A stretch of DNA of 64,000 nt from an uncultured Candidatus Saccharibacteria bacterium (GCA_964643545.1 CAZXTE010000001.1:85839-149838); one strand, 5' to 3'. Numbered from the stretch's first letter, positions 26,382 to 36,775 are shown. Notes: a model not told the origin generated them from the sequence alone. Translations and numbers: made by a program.

Positions 26382-26969
26382 ATGAGCGCACAATTCACAA
26401 TATTAGGGATTGCAGGCACCAATGGCTCAGGCAAGGATAGCTTGGGTGAACTATTAGCAGAGAAGCATGGCTTTCTATTTGTCTCTATGACGGATATGCT
26501 TCGCGACGAATTGAAGCGTCGCGGGCTACCATTAGCCCGTGAGCACATGCGCAATCTTAGCGCCGAATGGCGACGTCAGAGTGGCCTCGGAGTTTTGGTA
26601 GACAAGGCGTATGAAGTATTTAAGGCTAGTGGCAATAGTATTGGTCTTACTGCTGCTAGTCTCCGTAATCCAGGTGAGGTTACACGAATTCACGAATTGG
26701 GAGGAAAGGTGGTGTGGGTGGATGCAGATCCAAAGATTCGCTACGCACGCGTGCAAAATCGCGGTGGCCACCGCTCCGTTGATGACCAAAAAACATACGA
26801 TCAGTTTTTGGCTGACGAAGAGGCGGAAATGCACCCTTCGGGCGATGAAGCGACGCTTAACATCGCAGGCGTCAAAGCCAATGCGGACTACTTTTTGGAA
26901 AATAATGGCTCAGACATAGATTCACTCGAAGCAGCGGCCAAACGTGTTCTAGGGCTTAATCTCAAATAA
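26382..26969 (+). CDS. P-loop nucleotide/nucleoside kinase family protein (dephospho-CoA-kinase/adenylate-kinase-like)
   Basis: ILGIAGTNGSGKDS Walker A. 195 aa. Substrate not assignable from sequence alone. Confidence 0.7.
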   Translation: MSAQFTILGIAGTNGSGKDSLGELLAEKHGFLFVSMTDMLRDELKRRGLPLAREHMRNLSAEWRRQSGLGVLVDKAYEVFKASGNSIGLTAASLRNPGEVTRIHELGGKVVWVDADPKIRYARVQNRGGHRSVDDQKTYDQFLADEEAEMHPSGDEATLNIAGVKANADYFLENNGSDIDSLEAAAKRVLGLNLK

Positions 26970-27044
26970 GAGCCATCAAGCCTACAAGCTAGTCATCTCC
27001 TGGACGACTACGCGTGTACCTACATCTAGCGTATACTGGTAGAT

Positions 27045-29684
27045 ATGGGAGAGACAAAGAGGAAGCGACTTGCCATTATAGATGGGAAGTCTGTTTTTTA
27101 TCGTGGCTATTATGCTATGCCAAGTTTGAGTACAAAAGATGGCACACCAACGGGCGGCGTTTATGGCTTTGCGGTTATGGCACTAGAGGTCATTAAGCGA
27201 CTTGACCCAGATTATGTCTGTGTTGCTTGGGATAAGCCAAAGACCAACATTCGCAAGCGGCTCGAGATGTACCCAGAATATAAAGCGGGTCGCAAACCAC
27301 CGCCACCAGACTTTTATGAACAAATACCACTACTCCACGAGCTACTTGATGCATTTGGATGGCCACTCTATGAGCTAGATGATTATGAGGCTGACGATAT
27401 TATGGGGACACTGGCGGTGCAGGCAACTGCGCAAGATATAGAAACCATGCTGATCACCAGCGATTTAGACATGTTGCAGCTACTCAATCTACACGTAAGT
27501 GTCTATGCACTCAAAAAAGGCCTGAGTAATATAGAGCTGTACCATCCAGAGAGTTTTACAGAAAAATACGGCCTACAACCAAATCAATTTTTGGACCTAA
27601 AGTCTCTAAAAGGCGATAGCTCGGATAATATCCCTGGGGTTCCTGGGATTGGCGAGAAGGGTGCGATAGAATTACTTACGCAATATCACACGCTCGATGG
27701 TGTCTATGACAACCTGGTCCTTATTAAAGACTCTTTACGGAAGAAGCTAGAAGCAGGGAAGGACCTAGCCTATTTGAGCAAAAAACTTGCAGCCATCTGG
27801 ACGGACGCACCACTAAAGCTCGATCTAGAAGCCATCGGGATGAGTGCGCACAATCCCGAAAAGATTGAACAAGTTTTGCAAAAGTTAGAGTTCCGAACGC
27901 TAGCCCGGCAGCTGCCTTCGTATATGCATGCGGAGCCAACAGCAGAGGCAAAAAAAGCAGAAAGCCACAAGCTACATGTTGCCAAAGGTGAGTTTATTAA
28001 TACCATAGAGGCGCTTGATGATTTAGTGCTGCCCAAAATTGACCAGCTCATTATCCATGCGATAAGCAATAAGCCACACGGGCAGGAGCCGCTGCGCCTT
28101 ACTATTTCTCCAAGTATCCAAGACGTCATCACGTTCGACCTGAATGCACTTGATCCAGACGCAATCCGAGCTAAACTTACGTGCTATCTAGAAGATACGC
28201 CACTTGTTGGGTATGACTTAAAGTCATCTTTGCAGACGTTAGCTACCCTAGGTATATACCCAAGAAATATAGAACATGATGTGTTCATTGGTGCGTTTCT
28301 ACTCAATAGCCTTCGTCGAGAACAAAGTCTCGAGGAGCTGGCTGCAGCAGATTTAAACGTACATTTAGCTGCGGATGATGGCTTGCCCGGTTTAGGCGGC
28401 GATGCAGAAACGGTGGCAGTTATTCGTGCACTTGCCGAACAGCAAGCCAACGATCTTGCTGAGCTACCGACCATTGCAACGCTCGCAAAGGATATAGAGT
28501 GGCCAGTAATTCCCGTATTGGCTGCCATGGAATATGTGGGTATTCGTCTCGATACACAGTACCTCAAGCTCATGGCAGGGCAGATAGATGACACTATAAG
28601 TGATATTGAACAACAAATTTATGGTTTTGCAGACCAAGAGTTTAATATTGGTAGCCCGGCTCAGTTGGCGGACATCCTATTTAATAAACTAAAGCTTTCA
28701 ACGGGGGGTATAAAGAAGGGCAAGACTGGCTTCTCGACTGCTGCTAGCGAACTAGACAAGCTACGGGCAACACATCCCATTATTGACTTCATCACTCAAT
28801 ATCGTGAAGTTATGAAGCTCAAGAACACCTATGTGGACACGCTTCCTGTCATGGTGGATAAGCAATCACGCGTACATACCACATACAACTTAACGATTGC
28901 ACAAACTGGTCGCCTAAGTTCAACAGACCCTAACTTGCAGAACATTCCTGTGCGTACGGAATTAGGCAAACGAATTCGCACGGCGTTTGTCGCAGATGAG
29001 GGCAAAGTCCTTGTCAGTGCAGATTACAGCCAGTTCGAATTACGGCTTGCTGCAGTACTAGCCGATGATAAAGAATTGATAGAGATCTTTAACCGAGGCG
29101 CAGACATTCACACTATGACGGCTGCGCAAGTGTATGGGCGTAGCCCCGAAGACGTGACGAAAAGCATGCGTCGGGATGCCAAGGTTATTAACTTTGGCGT
29201 GCTTTACGGGATGAGCCCACATGGTTTAAGCGCAGCCACTGGCATGACCTACGAGCAGTCTAAACAATTTATCGACAAGTACTTCGAAGTTCGTAAGCCC
29301 CTACTGACCTACCTTAATAGTCTCAAAGAGAAAGCTCGCACCGACGGTTATGTCGAGACGTTATTTGGCCGACGTCGACCTATGCCAGATATAAAGTCGA
29401 GTAATTTTATGGTTCGGGCTGGTGCTGAACGCGCAGCCATGAATATGCCGATACAGGGGACAGAAGCAGACCTCATGAAAATGGCCATGATTGCTGTCGA
29501 TAAAAAGCTTGATGATGACTGTCTGCAGTTGTTACAGGTTCATGACTCCATTCTTGTGGAATGCCCCAAAGAAAAGGCAGAAAAAGTAGCACAGCTTCTA
29601 AAAGATGCAATGGAAAATGTGCACAAACTTCCTGTAAAGTTAGATGTCGATGTTACCACAGGTGAAAACTGGGGTGAATTATAG
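27045..29684 (+). CDS. polA: DNA polymerase I
   Basis: 879 aa. The 5' nuclease region is LAIIDGKSVFYRGYYA...; pol motifs are VSADYSQFELRLAA, KVINFGVLYGMS and QVHDSILVE. Confidence 0.97.
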   Translation: MGETKRKRLAIIDGKSVFYRGYYAMPSLSTKDGTPTGGVYGFAVMALEVIKRLDPDYVCVAWDKPKTNIRKRLEMYPEYKAGRKPPPPDFYEQIPLLHELLDAFGWPLYELDDYEADDIMGTLAVQATAQDIETMLITSDLDMLQLLNLHVSVYALKKGLSNIELYHPESFTEKYGLQPNQFLDLKSLKGDSSDNIPGVPGIGEKGAIELLTQYHTLDGVYDNLVLIKDSLRKKLEAGKDLAYLSKKLAAIWTDAPLKLDLEAIGMSAHNPEKIEQVLQKLEFRTLARQLPSYMHAEPTAEAKKAESHKLHVAKGEFINTIEALDDLVLPKIDQLIIHAISNKPHGQEPLRLTISPSIQDVITFDLNALDPDAIRAKLTCYLEDTPLVGYDLKSSLQTLATLGIYPRNIEHDVFIGAFLLNSLRREQSLEELAAADLNVHLAADDGLPGLGGDAETVAVIRALAEQQANDLAELPTIATLAKDIEWPVIPVLAAMEYVGIRLDTQYLKLMAGQIDDTISDIEQQIYGFADQEFNIGSPAQLADILFNKLKLSTGGIKKGKTGFSTAASELDKLRATHPIIDFITQYREVMKLKNTYVDTLPVMVDKQSRVHTTYNLTIAQTGRLSSTDPNLQNIPVRTELGKRIRTAFVADEGKVLVSADYSQFELRLAAVLADDKELIEIFNRGADIHTMTAAQVYGRSPEDVTKSMRRDAKVINFGVLYGMSPHGLSAATGMTYEQSKQFIDKYFEVRKPLLTYLNSLKEKARTDGYVETLFGRRRPMPDIKSSNFMVRAGAERAAMNMPIQGTEADLMKMAMIAVDKKLDDDCLQLLQVHDSILVECPKEKAEKVAQLLKDAMENVHKLPVKLDVDVTTGENWGEL

Positions 29685-30080
29685 ATGAAGCAGTTTAACG
29701 TTGGTATAAAAGGTGTTGTTCGGCGTAAAGACGGTGCAGTACTTCTGCTCAGAAAAAATCAAGATGATACATTCTGGGATGTCCCGGGCGGCCGGATTGA
29801 TGGAGATGAATCCATAGAACAAACACTTAACCGAGAGCTTTCAGAAGAACTGCCCGGAATTCAGGATATTCGCATTGGAAAAATACTTTGTGCATACCGG
29901 CTGCAAAAAGACATCGCGCTAGACACAAGTCTTGCGTTGGTCTATTACGAGGTCACCGCGGTGCTACCAGATCCTGTGCAGTTATCAGACGAACACAATG
30001 AATACTGCTGGGTGAGTAGTTTGGATCAAGCGGCGCTTGGTGACGGCACTCGTGAAGCATTGATGGCTCTATTTGGTTAG
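29685..30080 (+). CDS. NUDIX hydrolase
   Basis: Starts immediately after the polA stop. Nudix box GGRIDGDESIEQTLNRELSEELPG. Confidence 0.85.
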   Translation: MKQFNVGIKGVVRRKDGAVLLLRKNQDDTFWDVPGGRIDGDESIEQTLNRELSEELPGIQDIRIGKILCAYRLQKDIALDTSLALVYYEVTAVLPDPVQLSDEHNEYCWVSSLDQAALGDGTREALMALFG

Positions 30081-30836
30081 AGACACATAATTTTCTGGGT
30101 CATGAACGCGCAAATACTTTGCGCCGGCACGAGCAGCAATGCGACCAGCCGTTACGTTCGCGCGAACATCGGTCTTTTCGACACCCCAATGGTCTGCAAT
30201 AAAGCGCTTTCGAGAGTGCCCAATAAGCACCGAAAAGTCAGGTACGAGTTCCGCAAACTTAAGTAAGTTGTAATTTGTCTCCATGGTTTTACCAAACCCA
30301 ATACCCGGGTCTAGGATGATGTTCTTTTTTAGTACTCCCTGCGCAATCATCTCCTCTGCACGGGTAAGTAAATCATCTCGAACGGTGTACACACTGTCGA
30401 CGTTTGGACCTTCGTGAGCAACTTGAATAGAGGGTGCAGCGAATGGCATATGACTAACGATGCAACGAGTCTGATATTCTACGGCAAGGGCGACCATGGC
30501 GGGATCACGAAACGTGGTGACGTCATTCAGGATAACTAGACCAAGGCGTAGTGCTTTCTCGGCGGTCTCTGGGTGATGCGTATCGAGTGATATTCTCCCA
30601 GGGTATGCTTCTATAAGATTGCCCAGAACAGGCTCAAGGCGAGCCCACTCCTCGACGTTCGTTAGAGGACTAGCCCAAGGATTTGTAGCTTCTGCGCCTA
30701 CGTCCAACAGGGCAGCGCCACTGGCGATAAGCTGATGAGCTTTTTCGAGTGGGTCGGTGCCCGTTTCTATGGTGCCATCATGACTAAAACTATTATCAGT
30801 AATATTCAGTATGCCAATAAGCTGCGGTTGTGTCAT
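30069..30836 (-). CDS. folP: dihydropteroate synthase
   Basis: Start chosen at ATG 30836 (MTQPQLIGILNITDNSFSHDG...); DVGAEATNPW, DPGIGFGKT. The track ORF start at 30992 is an unsupported extension. Confidence 0.9.
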   Translation of the reverse strand: MTQPQLIGILNITDNSFSHDGTIETGTDPLEKAHQLIASGAALLDVGAEATNPWASPLTNVEEWARLEPVLGNLIEAYPGRISLDTHHPETAEKALRLGLVILNDVTTFRDPAMVALAVEYQTRCIVSHMPFAAPSIQVAHEGPNVDSVYTVRDDLLTRAEEMIAQGVLKKNIILDPGIGFGKTMETNYNLLKFAELVPDFSVLIGHSRKRFIADHWGVEKTDVRANVTAGRIAARAGAKYLRVHDPENYVSLTK

Positions 30837-30903
30837 AAACAGAGTATAGCAATATTGTAATAACAAACATAATATGATATTATATATCCATAAAAGGGAC
30901 GAT

Positions 30904-31485
30904 ATGCCAAAGAAGCACCGACTTATTATATTTCTAACCATAATCCTGGGTCTTGTTTTGATTTTTACCATTTTTACTCGCGGTGGAAGCAATAAAACTC
31001 AAACCAAAAAAGAGAAGCCCCAACCCCCTAAGCCGCTTGTTTTAACTGATTATATAGAACGTGATTCCAAAGTAGTATTTACGGTGGATGGTCAGGTAGT
31101 TGCTGATGAGAAGCACCAGGCAGTGCGCATTACTGTCGGGCGCAGTAGCAAGCAAATCGAGATCTTGCAGGGTTACCAAGGCAACGTCATTAAGTCCCAG
31201 AGTTTTGATAATAACCAACAAGCGTATGACGTGTTTTTGCGCGCATTATCTCGTTTAGGTTTTGCAAAGAAGCGCAATACGACAGTGACCGACGAGCGTG
31301 GCGTCTGCCCCACTGGACAGCGCTATATTTCACAAATTATTGATAATAACGACCAAGTATTGCGTACCTGGTCCATAAGTTGTGGTAGTGGTGGTACCTC
31401 AGGTGCAGTAACGCCATCGGTACTCAGCTTATTCCAAAAGCAAGTGCCCGACTACTCGAAGTTTACCAGCGGCGTAGCACTGTAG
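30904..31485 (+). CDS. hypothetical membrane-anchored protein
   Basis: ATG 30904 (MPKKHRLIIFLTIILGLVLIF...). The extracytoplasmic domain contains two Cys. No family recognised. Confidence 0.6.
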   Translation: MPKKHRLIIFLTIILGLVLIFTIFTRGGSNKTQTKKEKPQPPKPLVLTDYIERDSKVVFTVDGQVVADEKHQAVRITVGRSSKQIEILQGYQGNVIKSQSFDNNQQAYDVFLRALSRLGFAKKRNTTVTDERGVCPTGQRYISQIIDNNDQVLRTWSISCGSGGTSGAVTPSVLSLFQKQVPDYSKFTSGVAL

Positions 31486-31503
31486 CTCCTGTATAGTAGG
31501 GGG

Positions 31504-32079
31504 ATGATCAAGGGTATTATTTTTGACTGTTTTGGCGTGCTGACTGGCGATAAGTGGAAAGAGTTTGTTGGGTCATTGCCGGTAGATCAACAAGAGCCGG
31601 CTAGAGAATTAAATCGCGCACTCGATAGGGGACAACTAGGCCTACAGGATTTTAGCCGCGAGATCGCAGGGCTGACTGGCAGAATGCCCGATCGTGTAGA
31701 AGCGATTATGCAAGCAGAGATGCAAAAAAATGAACCGCTCCTCGGCTATATTAAACAGTTGAAACAGCACTATAGAATTGGTTTACTCAGCAATATTGCG
31801 TCAGATTGGATACGCACAGACTTTTTGAATGCGGCGGAGCAGGCTCTTTTCGACGACATGATCTTTTCGTATCAGGTTGGCTTGGTAAAGCCTGATGGGC
31901 GTATATTTGAACTTGCAGCCAACCGTTTAGATCTGACCCCTGGTGAGATCGTTTTTACTGACGATAGTGCTATGAACTGTCAGGGCGCGAAAAAGGCGGG
32001 CATGAATACTATTCAGTATGATAATTTTGCTAGTTTTAGAAAGCAGCTGGACACGCTTCTGGGGGTAAGTGGTAGCTAA
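31504..32079 (+). CDS. HAD-superfamily hydrolase
   Basis: IIFDCFGVL (motif I variant), LLSN (motif II) and the FTDDSAMNCQGAKKAGM region (motifs III/IV). Confidence 0.8.
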   Translation: MIKGIIFDCFGVLTGDKWKEFVGSLPVDQQEPARELNRALDRGQLGLQDFSREIAGLTGRMPDRVEAIMQAEMQKNEPLLGYIKQLKQHYRIGLLSNIASDWIRTDFLNAAEQALFDDMIFSYQVGLVKPDGRIFELAANRLDLTPGEIVFTDDSAMNCQGAKKAGMNTIQYDNFASFRKQLDTLLGVSGS

Positions 32080-32121
32080 CAGGGTATTGACAAGTAAGCA
32101 TAAAAGGTATAGTATATGTTC

Positions 32122-32382
32122 ATGAGCGAAAAGCCTGCAACCCCTACACCACACGTTTTTGAACTGCTTCATCCAGGTGAAGAAGTAGGCCAGGGAATGC
32201 TTGTAGTTGGCGTTAATGCTGATAGGCAATTTCGCAAAGATGCAGATGAAGAAGTAGGCGAACCTGGCCCAAAATTGGTAGACGTTGTTATTGTCAAAGT
32301 CCCGACTGAAGACGGAGAGGTAAGGCATGAAGCACATATCCCCGCCACAGAAGTACAACCGCCCCAATCAGAACAGAACTAG
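32122..32382 (+). CDS. hypothetical small acidic protein, possibly leaderless
   Basis: TTGACA 32087..32092 with TAGTAT 32110..32115 (17-nt spacer) places a transcription start at about ATG 32122. ATG 32116 is too close to the -10. Confidence 0.5.
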   Translation: MSEKPATPTPHVFELLHPGEEVGQGMLVVGVNADRQFRKDADEEVGEPGPKLVDVVIVKVPTEDGEVRHEAHIPATEVQPPQSEQN

Positions 32383-32625
32383 TCAAGACTGAATACGTAT
32401 CTGAAGTTGTCTCTTTGTCTTGCAGCGTTTCTGTAGATCATATAGATGGGTGCGAAGGCTGCCAGCAAGTGCTGCATGGGCAACCACAATAATAATCTGA
32501 TTTTCTTGCAGAATGACGCTCACGTTTGCTCGAAAATGCTCCTGTACAAAATCTTTGATTATCGTAATTTCTCTAGGCTCTCGGAAACTTTTATTCGCCA
32601 GAATGTCACTAAGCGCATTACTCAT
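32383..32625 (-). CDS. hypothetical protein, possibly DUF721/DciA-like
   Basis: MSNALSDIL...QIIIVVAHAALAGSLRTHLYDLQKRC resembles the DUF721 pattern (L-x-V-x-V-x-s-x-a-x-a-x-eL). The function call is low confidence. Confidence 0.5.
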   Translation of the reverse strand: MSNALSDILANKSFREPREITIIKDFVQEHFRANVSVILQENQIIIVVAHAALAGSLRTHLYDLQKRCKTKRQLQIRIQS

Positions 32626-32702
32626 GAATGTATTGTACACGACCAAAAAAATACCCCATATGATCTAATACGAATGAAATGAAGCATACTTATAAAAATA
32701 AT

Positions 32703-32732
32703 TTGACAATAAATTTTACATGGGGGTATAGT
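32703..32732 (+). promoter_or_regulatory. sigma70-type promoter of glmS
   Basis: TTGACA (32703..32708), 18 nt, TATAGT (32727..32732). Confidence 0.65.
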
Positions 32733-32777
32733 CCTTGGCACAAGCATGATTGTTGCTTCTAACGAAAGGACAAAGCT

Positions 32778-34598
32778 ATGTGCGGAATCGTTGGCTTTAT
32801 CGGATCAAAACCGGCCGAGCAGTATCTAGTTGCTGGCCTAGAACGGATGGAATATCGTGGCTACGATTCTGCCGGAATTGTCATGGTACGTCAGGGCAAG
32901 CTGAATCGTATTAGAGTTAAGGGAAAGATAGAACAGCTAAAGAAACAAATTGAAAAACATCCAGACAATGTAACAAAAATAGGGATAGGTCATACTCGTT
33001 GGGCAACTCATGGAAAGCCTTCTGTTAAGAATGCGCATCCGCACATTGCGAACAAGATTGCCATTGTGCACAACGGCATTGTCGAGAACCACACACTACT
33101 TCGGCAACAACTTATAAAGAGCGGTGCGGTATTTCATAGCGAGACGGATAGTGAAGTGCTCGCATGGCTTGTAGAAAAGTACTACAAAGACAGTTCGCTC
33201 GAAAGTGCTGTTTGCCGTGCGCTGCCCGAAGTAGAAGGTGCATTTGGCCTGATTGTGGTCGCAGCGGATGACCCGAACACACTCGTAGTAGCCCGGCGCA
33301 GTAGCCCAATCGCTATTGGGCAGAATGGCAATAGTATATATATTGCAAGCGATGCTACAGCGTTGGCAGGTTACGTAAAGGATGTGATCTACCTAGAAGA
33401 TGATCAAATAGCCGTGTGTACAACGGGGAGCGTCCAAATCAAGACACTGTCTGGTAGAGCGCAACATATTACAAAAACAAAATTGCACATGGCTGTATCG
33501 ACCTTGCAGAAACAAGGGCATAAACATTTCCTGATCAAAGAAATTAGCGAGCAACCAGAAGCGGTACGTTCAGTATTGCGTGGTCGCGTTGTATCTAAGA
33601 GGGCAACAAGTCAGCTGGGAGGACTTAACGTTCCATCAGCTACCCTACGGGAATGTCAGCACATTGTTTTGGTCGGTTGTGGCACGGCCTACTACGCAGG
33701 GCTGTTTGCAAAGTATATGTTGGAGCGTTTAACAGGGGTGTCTGTAAGTGTGGAGATGGCCAGCGAACTGCGCTACCGACAGGCAGTTTTGCCGCCACAT
33801 ACGATAGGCATTGCTATCTCGCAATCAGGGGAAACAGCAGATACGCTTGCAGCTATACGAGAGCTTAAGTCGCGTAATGTGCCTGTACTCGGTGTTGTGA
33901 ATGTGGTTGGATCTAGCATCGCCCGTGCTGTTGACGGTGGGGTCTACTTGCATGCAGGGCCAGAAATTTCTGTGGCATCTACAAAAGCATTTACGACGCA
34001 GGTTATTGCATTGCTGTTATTTGGGCTAAATCTGGCAGCACATAAAAAGCATGCCACGAAGGCACGCCTTGACCTCGTGGCCGCACTCGAGCGATTGCCC
34101 AGTGAGATAGAAGAAATATTAGAATTAAACCCCGTAATCGCTAAGCGTGCCACGCTGTGGAAAAACTATGAGCATGCCTTCTACTTAGGCCGTGACAGCT
34201 TGTACCCGATTGCACTGGAAGGCTCTCATAAACTAAAAGAAATATCGTACATTCATGCAGAAGCGTACCCGGCCGGGGAAATGAAGCATGGCGCAAATGC
34301 CCTGATAGATGAGAAGTTGATCACCGTGTTTTTGTTAGAAGAAGGGCCGCTCTTTGCCAAGTCCCTCAGCAATTTAGCGGAAGTAGAGGCACGCGCGGGG
34401 AAGGTTATTGTTGTAACTAATAGCCTGCAGTATGCTCGTGAACACAAGGATGCCTTATTCGCCAAAACATCCTCGGCCTGGACGAGCCCACTCGTGCTGA
34501 ATGTGGTACTGCAATTGATCGCATATTATGTGGCATTGGCGCGACATTGCGAGATTGACCAACCTCGCAACCTGGCAAAAAGTGTCACTGTAGAGTAA
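32778..34598 (+). CDS. glmS: glutamine--fructose-6-phosphate aminotransferase
   Basis: MCGIVGFIG N-terminal nucleophile, two SIS domains, and C-terminal KSVTVE. Confidence 0.97.
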   Translation: MCGIVGFIGSKPAEQYLVAGLERMEYRGYDSAGIVMVRQGKLNRIRVKGKIEQLKKQIEKHPDNVTKIGIGHTRWATHGKPSVKNAHPHIANKIAIVHNGIVENHTLLRQQLIKSGAVFHSETDSEVLAWLVEKYYKDSSLESAVCRALPEVEGAFGLIVVAADDPNTLVVARRSSPIAIGQNGNSIYIASDATALAGYVKDVIYLEDDQIAVCTTGSVQIKTLSGRAQHITKTKLHMAVSTLQKQGHKHFLIKEISEQPEAVRSVLRGRVVSKRATSQLGGLNVPSATLRECQHIVLVGCGTAYYAGLFAKYMLERLTGVSVSVEMASELRYRQAVLPPHTIGIAISQSGETADTLAAIRELKSRNVPVLGVVNVVGSSIARAVDGGVYLHAGPEISVASTKAFTTQVIALLLFGLNLAAHKKHATKARLDLVAALERLPSEIEEILELNPVIAKRATLWKNYEHAFYLGRDSLYPIALEGSHKLKEISYIHAEAYPAGEMKHGANALIDEKLITVFLLEEGPLFAKSLSNLAEVEARAGKVIVVTNSLQYAREHKDALFAKTSSAWTSPLVLNVVLQLIAYYVALARHCEIDQPRNLAKSVTVE

Positions 34599-34611
34599 AC
34601 TAGGCTCTCTT

Positions 34612-34890
34612 ATGGAGATACACCCCGAAAAAGTTGTACTGGTGGGCTTTTGCGAGTTAAATACGGCTCGTCATGCGGTACGTGCGGCATTTGCCGATGG
34701 CGACCCATTGGATCATAAACTCTCCGCGTTAATTGATAATGCCGACGGTTGGCCAGATCCAGCATCGAGGTATGAGATTCCTATGCCCGACGGTATGCAC
34801 GTTGTCTATGCACTGCATCGCTACAAAAGAACCCTGCCAGACAGTGACTGGCGTATGGCTCAATCGGAGTCAATGCTCCCGACGCTGTAA
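34612..34890 (+). CDS. hypothetical protein
   Basis: 92-aa ORF packed between glmS and mutM. No family recognised. Confidence 0.5.
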   Translation: MEIHPEKVVLVGFCELNTARHAVRAAFADGDPLDHKLSALIDNADGWPDPASRYEIPMPDGMHVVYALHRYKRTLPDSDWRMAQSESMLPTL

Positions 34891-34920
34891 TTGACCAGGT
34901 TAAAGTACAATAGATAGACC

Positions 34921-35799
34921 ATGCCAGAATTACCAGAGGTTGAAACGGTTCGCACGGGTCTTGCTCGTTTATTGCCTAATAAGCGAGTTGCCGACGTTTG
35001 GTTTGATACGGATAAATCATTTCCGAATGCCCCGGAAGATGTACAGGCTTTTTTGGTAGGCGCCAGCATAGTTGGTGTACATCGTCGCGCAAAAGTACTG
35101 ATAATAGATCTTAGTACCAACTACAGTCTGCTTATTCACCTAAAAATGACAGGTCAGCTCGTGTTTCGCTCCAAGGATGATAGTCAGCGCTTTGGCGCGG
35201 GTCACCCGAACGGATCGTTAGTGGGAGTGCTCCCCGACACGTCTACGCGAGTTGTCCTAGACCTTGGAGATGCAACGCTTTTTTTTAACGATCAGCGAAA
35301 ATTTGGCTGGATGCGCTTGATGCCAACGGCAGAGGTGGCAAACGTTGATTTTATAAAGAAGCTCGGTCCCGAGCCACTAGCGGCCGATTTTTCGGCAGCA
35401 AATTTCCGTGACAGATTCTTGCGGCGCCCAAACACAAGCATAAAAGCAGCTCTATTAGACCAAACGGTAGTAGCTGGGGTAGGTAACATCTATGCAGATG
35501 AGAGTCTATGGGGTGCAAAAATTCACCCGAGCACTCTTGTTAAGAACGTAGCAACAACGAAGATGAACACATTATTTAGAGAACTCCAATACGTGCTTCA
35601 TTTGGCCATAGAGAAGGGTGGTTCTACCGACAAAAACTATGTAGACGCAGAGGGCAAGAAAGGAAGCTATATGAGTTTTGCGCGTGTGTTTCGCCGTGAA
35701 GGTCTAGGGTGCCCACGTTGCGGTTCCGAAATTGCAAAAATACGTGTCGCCGGTCGCGGAACTCATATTTGTACAAAGTGTCAGAAGATAAAGAGGTAA
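34921..35799 (+). CDS. mutM: formamidopyrimidine-DNA glycosylase
   Basis: MPELPEVETV, H2TH region, and C-terminal zinc finger CPRCG...CTKCQ. Confidence 0.95.
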   Translation: MPELPEVETVRTGLARLLPNKRVADVWFDTDKSFPNAPEDVQAFLVGASIVGVHRRAKVLIIDLSTNYSLLIHLKMTGQLVFRSKDDSQRFGAGHPNGSLVGVLPDTSTRVVLDLGDATLFFNDQRKFGWMRLMPTAEVANVDFIKKLGPEPLAADFSAANFRDRFLRRPNTSIKAALLDQTVVAGVGNIYADESLWGAKIHPSTLVKNVATTKMNTLFRELQYVLHLAIEKGGSTDKNYVDAEGKKGSYMSFARVFRREGLGCPRCGSEIAKIRVAGRGTHICTKCQKIKR

Positions 35800-35824
35800 T
35801 TTATACATTTCTCTAAAGCAGAAA

Positions 35825-36775
35825 GTGTTCTCCTGCTATTCTAGACAGGTGATAACGACACTTACGGGGAGTAATACATATGCATTGAAGGCGGCGCAGA
35901 AAAGCCTTGTACAGGCCTTCGTTGAAAAAAATGGCGAGTTTGGCTTAGAGCGATTTTCTGGCGAAGATGGATACGACAAGATCTTGCAGGGGGTACAGTC
36001 GGTGCCATTTTTAGCCCCCGCCCGAATGGTGGTCATCACGGATATTGTGGCCAACAAGCAACTCGTAGAAGGCATAGATAGGCTACTTGCTGCTATCAAT
36101 CCAGAAACTGATGTGCTATTTGTTGAGCCAAAGCTGGATAAACGAACTGTTTTGTATAAAACCTTAAAAAAAAGCACAGAGTTTAGAGAATGTAACGAGT
36201 TGGATGAAAGGGCGTTAGCGCAGTGGCTTGTACAAGAAGCGTCACAGGCCGGAGGGGTGATGAGTAGAACAGATGCTTCGTACCTAGTGTACCAAGCCGG
36301 TACCGACCAATCCCGACTCGGTAATGAGCTTGAAAAGCTGCTGCTCTACGATCAAAATGTTACAAAGCAAACCATTGATCTTTTAGTGGAACCGTCGCCA
36401 CAGTCAACAGTTTTTGCCTTATTAGACGAAGCGTTTTCGGGCAACGCGGCTCGAACCTTGGCCATATACCAAGATCAGCGAAAGCAACGAACTGAGCCGC
36501 AGGCAATTCTTGCAATGCTTGCTTGGCAACTTCATGTACTCTGTCTTGTTAAGACGGCCGGTAATGAGTCGGTTGAGCACATATCAAAAGCGGCAAAGCT
36601 CAACCCATTTGTTGTCCGCAAAAGCCAAGTAATAACACGCAAGTTGAGTATGGCGACGTTAAAAAAACTTATTCACGATGTTGTTGAGCTTGATGTTCGA
36701 CTAAAGACAGTCAGTACCGACGCGGACGAAGCCGTCCAGACGTTCCTGCTAACTGTAGCAAGCGCTACTTCTTAG
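35825..36775 (+). CDS. holA: DNA polymerase III subunit delta
   Basis: About 310 aa. SYLVYQAGTDQSRLGNELEKLLLY and the overall HolA-like layout. The start is either GTG 35825 or GTG 35849. Confidence 0.75.
   Translation: MFSCYSRQVITTLTGSNTYALKAAQKSLVQAFVEKNGEFGLERFSGEDGYDKILQGVQSVPFLAPARMVVITDIVANKQLVEGIDRLLAAINPETDVLFVEPKLDKRTVLYKTLKKSTEFRECNELDERALAQWLVQEASQAGGVMSRTDASYLVYQAGTDQSRLGNELEKLLLYDQNVTKQTIDLLVEPSPQSTVFALLDEAFSGNAARTLAIYQDQRKQRTEPQAILAMLAWQLHVLCLVKTAGNESVEHISKAAKLNPFVVRKSQVITRKLSMATLKKLIHDVVELDVRLKTVSTDADEAVQTFLLTVASATS

Noticed and set aside
30837-30992. N-terminal extensions of several track ORFs (folP to 30992, amidinotransferase to 4719, PRT-like to 50289, ssb to 48284, ychF to 53276, YjbR-like to 22322)
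   Set aside because: The extensions overlap neighbouring genes or promoters and lack an RBS. The conserved family N-termini start at internal ATG or GTG codons preceded by GGAGG-like sites.
32647-32777. Possible glmS ribozyme upstream of glmS
   Set aside because: The spacer is only about 130 nt, and its 3' half is occupied by a TTGACA-18-TATAGT promoter, leaving a leader of about 40 nt. I see none of the conserved glmS ribozyme core sequences or a pseudoknotted structure.
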